This document shows positions 16,671-22,506 of a stretch of 64,000 nucleotides of DNA, one piece after another. Each line of letters opens with the position of its first letter. The first letter of the stretch is position 1. The notes under the pieces were generated by a model, which was not told where the DNA came from, ran no database searches, and worked only from the letters and a program-made list of their open reading frames with translations. The stretch lies in the IMG/VR virus record IMGVR_UViG_3300030387_000070, one strand, 5' to 3'. The translations under genes were made by a program, and so were the position numbers. The DNA comes from a virus.

Positions 16671-18884
16671 ATGAGAACGCTTTTGCTGTTCCGTGGAGCA
16701 CCAGGTTGTGGGAAGTCCACCTATATTAAAGAGCATAATCTTGAGCAGTATGTATTGAATGCTGATACACTTCGACTTATGTGCCAGAGCGCACAGGAAA
16801 CACCTGCCGGGCGGATGGAGATCTCTCCGCAGAATGATGATGTTGTATGGGAGATGCTTTTCAAACTGCTTGAGGTGCGTATGAGTCATGGCGAGTTTAC
16901 CGTGATTGATGCAACGAATTCCAAGACGGTCGAAATGAATCGTTATAAGAATCTTGCAAAACAGTATCGTTATCGGATGTATGTTATTGACATGACGGAC
17001 CTTCCGATTGAGGAATGCAAACGAAGAAACGCTCAGAGAGAATGGCTGAATCGAGTTCCTGAAGCGGCCATTGATAAGATGTACGCTCGGTTTGCTACTC
17101 AAAAAGTTCCTTCTGGTGTGACAGTTCTTCCTTCTACTACGGATGTGATGTCCGATTTGAACTACTGTCCGAATGACTTCAACCAGTGGAAGAAGATCCA
17201 TATCATCGGTGATGTTCATGGCTGTTATACTTGTTTAAGTGAATACCTTGGTGAGATGAAGGACGACGAACTGTATATCTTCGTTGGTGATTATCTCGAT
17301 CGTGGCATCGAAAACGTTGAGGTATTCAAGTTCTTGTGTGATGTTGTAAATAACAACCGCAAGAATGTGATCCTTTTGGAGGGCAATCATGAGTGTTGGC
17401 TAAACAAGTGGGGGCATGATGAACCGGTTCAGAGTGAAGAGTTTGCAAACTACACTCGTCCGCAGCTCTTTAAAGCCGGTATTGACAAGAACACTGCTCG
17501 TAAGATCTATTCCAGAGTAGGCCAATGTGCCTACTTTGAGTATGATGGGAAGCGGTATTTCGTGAGCCACGGTGGTTTGAGTTATCTGCCTTATTTTCTT
17601 CCTTTCGTATCTGCTGATCAGATGATTAAAGGTGTAGGTCGCTATCCTGATATGCTAACCGTGGCTGAGTCTTGGGAAAAATCGATGCCGGATAGCTACA
17701 TTCAGATCTTCGGCCATCGAAATGTGCAGGATGTTCCTATTGATATGGGGCATCGGTGCTACAATCTCGAAGGAAAAATCGAGTTTGGTGGATATCTCCG
17801 TTGCGTTGAACTTGAACACGGTCAGTCAATCAAATGTGTAGAAACCAAGAACGATGTGTTCCGAAAAGAGGAGCCAAAGACTGAAACTGCCGTTGAAATG
17901 AAAACTGAGTTCGATAACGCAGAACTTGTTAGTAAGATGCGTCAAAGCAAATATGTGTTTGAGAAGCGATTCGGAGATATTTCTTCTTTCAACTTCTCTC
18001 GTGAAGCATTTTATAAGAAGCACTGGGATGAGGTTTCTACCAAAGCAAGGGGATTGTTCATTAACACAAAGACGAATAAGATTGTAGCTCGAAGCTATGA
18101 TAAGTTCTTTGCGGTTGATGAGCGGAATGAAACGAGAATTGGAAACCTACAGAACACTTTGAAGTTCCCAGTGACTGCATATCTAAAAGAGAACGGATTT
18201 CTTGGTATCATTTCGTATGATGCAGAACAGGATGGTCTGTTCATTGCAAGTAAATCCACTCCTGAAGGGCCTTTTGCAGATATGTTCCGAAAGATTATTA
18301 TGGATACTACTTCCGATGAAGATCGTAAGAATCTGAAGGAGGTTGCCAAGGAGCATGGCTCCATCATCTTTGAGGTTATTGATCCTGTGAATGATGCTCA
18401 TATCATAGAATACAAGAAACCGCACATTGTTTTGCTGGATGTTGTTGCAAACGATATGAATTTCAGTGTGATAGATTATGATGACTTGAAACGTGTCGCA
18501 GAAAAGTGTCATCTGCAGATTAAGGAGAAGGTTAAAACCTTTGAGAACTGGAGTGAATTCTATCCTTGGTATGAGGAAGTCATGAATGAGAACTATCTGT
18601 ACCATGACATCGAGCATGTTGAAGGCTTTGTTCTGAGAGATAGTAACAACTTTATGTTCAAGTTAAAGCTTCCTTATTATAAGCATTGGAAGTTCCTGCG
18701 TGGTGTTATGAAGAGCGTCCAGAAACGTGGCTATTACGAAAACACCGCCAAGCTGTTTACGGCTGAAGATAATTTGTTCTATGGTTGGATGCGTGAGCAA
18801 CGAGAGAAAGATCAAGAGGCGTTCAGCAAGAAGGGAATCATTCAGCTGCGAAATGAGTTCTATGCAAGTCAGCAGAAGAGTTGA
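16671..18884 (+). CDS. polynucleotide kinase-phosphatase fused to an RNA-ligase-type nucleotidyltransferase (Pnkp-like RNA repair enzyme)
   Basis: P-loop FRGAPGCGKSTY. Calcineurin-type phosphoesterase boxes IHIIGDVHGC, GDYLDRG, EGNHE and SHGG. C-terminal module with ARGLFINT..YDKFFAVDE and LKENGFLG (a Kx[DN]G-type motif I). The three-domain order matches bacterial Pnkp. Confidence 0.75.
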   Translation: MRTLLLFRGAPGCGKSTYIKEHNLEQYVLNADTLRLMCQSAQETPAGRMEISPQNDDVVWEMLFKLLEVRMSHGEFTVIDATNSKTVEMNRYKNLAKQYRYRMYVIDMTDLPIEECKRRNAQREWLNRVPEAAIDKMYARFATQKVPSGVTVLPSTTDVMSDLNYCPNDFNQWKKIHIIGDVHGCYTCLSEYLGEMKDDELYIFVGDYLDRGIENVEVFKFLCDVVNNNRKNVILLEGNHECWLNKWGHDEPVQSEEFANYTRPQLFKAGIDKNTARKIYSRVGQCAYFEYDGKRYFVSHGGLSYLPYFLPFVSADQMIKGVGRYPDMLTVAESWEKSMPDSYIQIFGHRNVQDVPIDMGHRCYNLEGKIEFGGYLRCVELEHGQSIKCVETKNDVFRKEEPKTETAVEMKTEFDNAELVSKMRQSKYVFEKRFGDISSFNFSREAFYKKHWDEVSTKARGLFINTKTNKIVARSYDKFFAVDERNETRIGNLQNTLKFPVTAYLKENGFLGIISYDAEQDGLFIASKSTPEGPFADMFRKIIMDTTSDEDRKNLKEVAKEHGSIIFEVIDPVNDAHIIEYKKPHIVLLDVVANDMNFSVIDYDDLKRVAEKCHLQIKEKVKTFENWSEFYPWYEEVMNENYLYHDIEHVEGFVLRDSNNFMFKLKLPYYKHWKFLRGVMKSVQKRGYYENTAKLFTAEDNLFYGWMREQREKDQEAFSKKGIIQLRNEFYASQQKS

Positions 18885-19001
18885 GTTAAAATAGACATTT
18901 TATCGTGATTTTCGTTAAAATAATTAACGAAGTATCGTGATATTTATTCCTCCGAAAATGCCATGCGTGGGGCTGACAGCCGGGAAAGACCGGCGATATA
19001 T

Positions 19002-19083
19002 GCCAAGGTGCTGCAAATGGGAGACAGGGCGAGCCCAAACCTCGCTGTGGAAACACATGCGGTTTCGAATACCGTCCTTGGCA
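19002..19083 (+). tRNA. tRNA-Leu(CAA), type II, CCA encoded
   Basis: Hand fold:
- acceptor GCCAAGG/CCTTGGC
- 3-bp D stem
- anticodon stem GCGAG/CTCGC with loop CCCAAAC
- extra arm TGTG-GAAA-CACA
- T arm GCGGT-TTCGAAT-ACCGT
- then A and CCA
Position 33 is C, which is unusual. Confidence 0.65.
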
Positions 19084-19114
19084 CCAGATAATTTTATGAA
19101 GAAAGGATGATTGC

Positions 19115-19798
19115 ATGGTTAATAGGGCAGAAGATCATATTGGTGATGTCTTTGATTTGTTTGAGGTGATTGATGTTATTCGAGATGAAAATAATATTCC
19201 ATCTTACAAATGTCGATGTAAAGAATGTGGATGGACAGGGCTAAAAAATATAGCTCAGGCGAGAGCGGTTAAAGTGTGTCGGCATAAACAATCGAGTGGC
19301 GATTATAGAAATTTTTCTACACGGTGGAAAAACAAAAGAATCGGACGAATCTTTCATGGAATGAAAGCAAGATGCTATGATGTTGATGATAAAAACTATA
19401 TAACGTATGGCATGAAAGGAATTTGTGTTTATCAAGAATGGTTGGATAATCCAAAGTCATTTGAAGAGTGGTCGTTGAAAAATGGATACAAAGATAGTTT
19501 GACAATCGATAGAATTGATTCGACAAAAGATTACTGTCCTGATAATTGCAGATGGATATCATTGGAAGATAATTCAAAATATAAATCCACAACTCGAATG
19601 TTAGAAGTAGATGGTGAAATACATACGGGACGTGATTGGGCGGCAGAATTAGGGCTTGGAACAAACACGATAAATAAATATGTAAGAAGATACGGAGAAG
19701 ATAATACAAAACAATTTATAAGAAGAGTATTAAAGGACCCGGATAAAGTGAATTCTCGACAAGGGAAACAAACTATCTATAATCTTTACATGAACTAA
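19115..19798 (+). CDS. HNH-type homing-endonuclease-like protein
   Basis: LTIDRIDSTKDYCPDNCRWISLEDNS is the HNH_3-like core. N-terminal CxxC zinc motif (CRCKECG). C-terminal HTH-like WAAELGLGTNTINKYVRRYG. Sits between two tRNA genes. Confidence 0.65.
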   Translation: MVNRAEDHIGDVFDLFEVIDVIRDENNIPSYKCRCKECGWTGLKNIAQARAVKVCRHKQSSGDYRNFSTRWKNKRIGRIFHGMKARCYDVDDKNYITYGMKGICVYQEWLDNPKSFEEWSLKNGYKDSLTIDRIDSTKDYCPDNCRWISLEDNSKYKSTTRMLEVDGEIHTGRDWAAELGLGTNTINKYVRRYGEDNTKQFIRRVLKDPDKVNSRQGKQTIYNLYMN

Positions 19799-19805
19799 AT
19801 TGAAA

Positions 19806-19845
19806 TGGCCCAGTGTAAAAACTGAGTACATTGGGCCAAATATTT
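19806..19845 (+). terminator. hairpin terminator after the HNH gene
   Basis: 12-bp stem TGGCCCAGTGTA / TACATTGGGCCA (one G-U pair) with a 9-nt loop, followed by an A/T-rich tail. Confidence 0.5.
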
Positions 19846-19851
19846 ATATGA

Positions 19852-19935
19852 GCACCCGTGGTGAAATTGGCAACCACGATGGACTTAAAATCCATTCCCG
19901 GTAACGGGTTGCGAGTCCGAGTCTCGCCGGGTGCA
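19852..19935 (+). tRNA. tRNA-Leu(UAA), type II
   Basis: Hand fold:
- acceptor GCACCCG/CGGGTGC
- anticodon stem ATGGA/TCCAT with loop CTTAAAA
- extra arm CCCG-GTAA-CGGG
- T arm GCGAG-TCCGAGT-CTCGC (non-canonical T loop)
No encoded CCA. Confidence 0.65.
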
Positions 19936-19940
19936 TATTT

Positions 19941-20013
19941 CTGGGCGTAGCGAAGTTGGCATCGCACCTGTTTTGGGAACAGGGGACCGCAAGTTCAAAT
20001 CTTGTCGCTCAGA
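19941..20013 (+). tRNA. tRNA-Pro(UGG), CCA encoded
   Basis: Hand fold:
- acceptor CTGGGCG/CGCTCAG
- D arm GCGA..TCGC
- anticodon stem CCTGT/ACAGG with loop TTTGGGA
- T arm GCAAG-TTCAAAT-CTTGT
- then A and CCA. Confidence 0.75.
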
Positions 20014-20019
20014 CCACTA

Positions 20020-20106
20020 CGAGGATTCGCCAAGTTGGTAAGGCAGCGGAATTTGACTCCGCCAGCGCTGAACAAGCGGTCACAGGTTCGAGTCCTGTAT
20101 CCTCGG
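20020..20106 (+). tRNA. tRNA-Gln(UUG)-like with a 19-nt extra arm
   Basis: Hand fold:
- acceptor CGAGGAT/ATCCTCG
- D arm TCGCCAAGTTGGTAAGGCA
- anticodon stem GCGGA/TCCGC with loop ATTTGAC
- variable region CAGCGCTGAACAAGCGGTC (CGCT/AGCG hairpin)
- T arm ACAGG-TTCGAGT-CCTGT
- discriminator G. Confidence 0.55.
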
Positions 20107-20113
20107 CTTATAT

Positions 20114-20195
20114 GCGGGTATGGTGTAACTGGCAGCCACGTCAGATTTAGGATCTGATGCCGAAAGGCGTGAGGGATCGTGCCCCTCTACCCGTA
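20114..20195 (+). tRNA. tRNA-Leu(UAG), type II, CCA encoded
   Basis: Hand fold:
- acceptor GCGGGTA/TACCCGT (G1-U72)
- anticodon stem TCAGA/TCTGA with loop TTTAGGA
- extra arm GCC-GAAA-GGC
- T arm GAGGG-ATCGTGC-CCCTC (atypical loop)
- then A and CCA. Confidence 0.55.
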
Positions 20196-20297
20196 CCACG
20201 GTCATAGAATGGTTGCGTACCGTTTGTTGATCTCCTTTACTATTATTCCCGGCTCGCCAGTGATGGTGCAGTAGTGCTTTGTAAGCTGGGTTTTCAT

Positions 20298-20369
20298 GCA
20301 GCGGTCGTACAACGGCTAGTACATCAGCCTTCCAAGCTGAGGATGAGGTTTCGACTACCTTTCGCTGCT
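20298..20369 (+). tRNA. tRNA-Gly(UCC), CCA encoded
   Basis: Hand fold:
- acceptor GCAGCGG/TCGCTGC
- D arm GTAC..GTAC
- anticodon stem TCAGC/GCTGA with loop CTTCCAA
- T arm GAGGT-TTCGACT-ACCTT
- then T and CCA. Confidence 0.75.
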
Positions 20370-20560
20370 CCAATCTTGTATGGGTAGGATCTTTAGCGGT
20401 CAGATCCAGCCGCGCCTGTGCAAGATACCACCCCGAAAGGGGCGAGATATAGGAAATGTGCATCGCTGTTATTCCTTCCTCGTCTATATGATATAGATGC
20501 AATAGTGTTTTATAAGGAAGGTCCCCAGTTGAATAGTTGCAGCTGTTTGACTGGTAATAT

Positions 20561-20634
20561 GGGATAGTAGCTCAGTTGGTCAGAGCTGGCGGCTCATAAC
20601 CGCTTGGTCGCGAGTTCAAATCTTGCCTGTCCCA
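20561..20634 (+). tRNA. tRNA-Met/Ile2(CAU)
   Basis: Hand fold:
- acceptor GGGATAG/CTGTCCC
- D arm GCTC-AGTTGGTCA-GAGC
- anticodon stem GGCGG/CCGCT with loop CTCATAA
- T arm GCGAG-TTCAAAT-CTTGC. Confidence 0.75.
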
Positions 20635-20742
20635 CTAACCCGATAGGGTGAATACATAGAATTTGCTAGAAATTTTGTTTTATGGGCGAATAAATAATAT
20701 GACGTTGATACGTCTATTATTTTTCGCTAATTTTTAAAGTTT

Positions 20743-20763
20743 TAGCTATGTAACACAGGATAC
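20743..20763 (+). promoter_or_regulatory. 21-bp motif, forward (copy 3)
   Basis: TAGCTATGTAACACAGGATAC, 18 nt upstream of GTG 20781. A/T-rich upstream sequence (CTAATTTTTAAAGTTT). Confidence 0.55.
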
Positions 20764-20780
20764 GAAAAGGAGGTGGTTTG

Positions 20781-21503
20781 GTGAAACATTATGGAAGTAT
20801 TTGCGAGATTGATGGTTCTAAGATTGAGCCTGTCTCGTGTATCACTGGTGGTTCACCTTGTTAGCCAAGACCTTTCTATTGCCGGCAAGCGGGCAGGTTT
20901 GGCTGGAGAACGGTCTGGTCTATTTATGGAAATGATTCGTGTGATAAAGGAGATGAGGGAGGCCACCAATGGAGAGTATCCAAAATTTGCAATCTGGGAA
21001 AACGTCCCAGGAGCCTTCTCTTCCAACAAAGGAGAAGACTTTAGATGTGTCTTGGAAGAATTTGCACGCATTGTCGAACCAAGTGTTTCAGTTCCTCGAC
21101 CTTCGGGAAGAGAATGTAAGTGGGCAAAAGCTGGAGCAATCGCCGGAAACGGATGGTCCTTGGCGTGGAGATTATTCGACGCTAGTGGTTGGGGTGTTCC
21201 CCAGCGTAGAAAACGTCTCGCGCTTGTCATGGACCTTAGAGGACAATGTGCCGGAAAAGTATTATTTGAGCAAACGGGCGTGTCAGGGGATCTTGATAAG
21301 AGCGTCAAGACGTGGAAAACCATTGCCCGACCTTCTGAAGGATGCACTGCAGGAGATGATTCATTGGTGGGAGATGAAAGATCCTACACTTTGAAGATTC
21401 GTTCTGGCTGCGCAGGGGGGGTAAAGGAGCACTCGTGCAGAATGAATTGAGTGCGACTCTCTCCACTTTGCAAGATCAGACTTTGTTCTGTGTAAAGCAT
21501 TAA
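20781..21503 (+). pseudogene. C5-cytosine DNA methyltransferase, catalytic part (motifs IV-VIII), frame-disrupted
   Basis: - GTG 20781 follows AAGGAGG by 7 nt and gives ..IEPVSCITGGSPC, then TAG at 20862.
- One frame over: QDLSIAGKRAGLAGERSGLF, WENVPGAFSS, GVPQRRKRLALV.
- Further homologous-looking pieces lie in the two other frames: ..LEDNVPEKYYLSKRACQGIL.. and GGKGALVQNELSATLSTLQDQTLF.
- At least 3 frame changes are needed to read all of this. Confidence 0.7.
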
Positions 21504-21515
21504 GGAGGGAACGGA

Positions 21516-22262
21516 TTGGAAAAAGAAACCAGTTTACATAATTTAAAACAAAATATTTCCACAGCGGTATTTGAAAGCCATAGTCAGGATGCTCGATACA
21601 CTCAGCAAGGTAATACAAGCCCAGCTTGTACAGCTCAATGGGGTACTGGTGGTAATAATATGCCGCTTGTCGCTGAAAAGAAAGCCTTTGCTATGCAGCG
21701 TATTGGCGAATATAAGGAAAGCGAACAGGCCAGCACAATGAAATCTCGTGATTATAAAGATGCAACTGATCTTGTAGTTGAAGAGAAAGAGGTGAAATGT
21801 GCTGGGTTTCCACTTGGATTTAGAGCAGAAAATACGAAATGCTACGATGAAGTGGCTACTACGCTTTGCAATGGTACGCGGCCTGGATTTACTACTGGAT
21901 GTGTTCTCAATTGGATTGTTCGCCGCTTGACTCCTGTTGAGTGTGAACGGTTACAGGGTTTTCCTGATGGATGGACCGATATTGGCGAGTGGGTTGACGA
22001 AAATGGTAAAAAGCACAAGCCAGCCGATTCTCCTCGGTACAAGGCGCTCGGCAATTCGATTGCTTTGCCTCAGTGGTATTGGATTTGCCAGAAGATGAAA
22101 CCGTATATTGGTGAAAATCCTACGCTTGGCAGTCTTTTCGATGGAATCGGTGGCTTTCCGCTTGTCTTTGAAAGTACGTATGGTGATGGTACTGCTATCT
22201 GGGGATCTGAAATTGAATCGTTTTGTGTTGCGGTGACAAAGAAGCATTTTCCAGAAGACTAA
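21516..22262 (+). CDS. C5-cytosine DNA methyltransferase, target-recognition and motif IX-X part with a C-terminally appended motif I-II
   Basis: TTG start 7 nt after AAGGAGG. Contains WGTGGNNMPLV, VRRLTPVECERLQGFPDGWT and RYKALGNSIALP. It then continues into LGSLFDGIGGFPLVFE..IWGSEIESFCVAVTKKHFPED*, which is the FxGxGG AdoMet motif normally found at the N-terminus. Confidence 0.75.
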   Translation: MEKETSLHNLKQNISTAVFESHSQDARYTQQGNTSPACTAQWGTGGNNMPLVAEKKAFAMQRIGEYKESEQASTMKSRDYKDATDLVVEEKEVKCAGFPLGFRAENTKCYDEVATTLCNGTRPGFTTGCVLNWIVRRLTPVECERLQGFPDGWTDIGEWVDENGKKHKPADSPRYKALGNSIALPQWYWICQKMKPYIGENPTLGSLFDGIGGFPLVFESTYGDGTAIWGSEIESFCVAVTKKHFPED

Positions 22263-22299
22263 ATCTCATAAAAGGCTAATTCAAATAAGAGGTGACACG

Positions 22300-22506
22300 A
22301 TGAACAGCAAATTTCCTATCAATGCAACCATCGACCCCGGCTCTTTGAATATTCCGGCAAGTCCTATCTTCCAAAAGGAAAAGAATACATATCTTTGTCC
22401 GTTTTGTGTGACGAAGCTGGAGAAGTTCGAGCGTGAATGTTCTGATTGTCATCGCAAGATGGATTGGAGTAGGTTTACTGAAAAGAAGGAGGAGATGTTC
22501 ACTTGA
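22300..22506 (+). CDS. small zinc-ribbon protein
   Basis: Track ORF with CPFC...CSDC pairs. Confidence 0.5.
   Translation: MNSKFPINATIDPGSLNIPASPIFQKEKNTYLCPFCVTKLEKFERECSDCHRKMDWSRFTEKKEEMFT

Noticed and set aside
18886-19852. The HNH gene might be the ORF of a group I intron splitting a tRNA.
   Set aside because: The flanking tRNA-Leu(CAA) and tRNA-Leu(UAA) each fold as complete genes with their own acceptor stems. I could not identify split exon halves or P1-P9-like pairings. Only Infernal could fully exclude this.
20199-20297. A possible eighth tRNA in the gap between tRNA-Leu(UAG) and tRNA-Gly.
   Set aside because: I could not find an acceptor/T-arm combination on either strand. It is left unannotated pending tRNAscan-SE or ARAGORN.
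20080-20502. A 140-aa - strand ORF and a 64-aa + strand ORF (19956-20150) covering the tRNA island.
   Set aside because: The same DNA folds into consecutive tRNA cloverleaves. No SD is present, so the ORFs are incidental.
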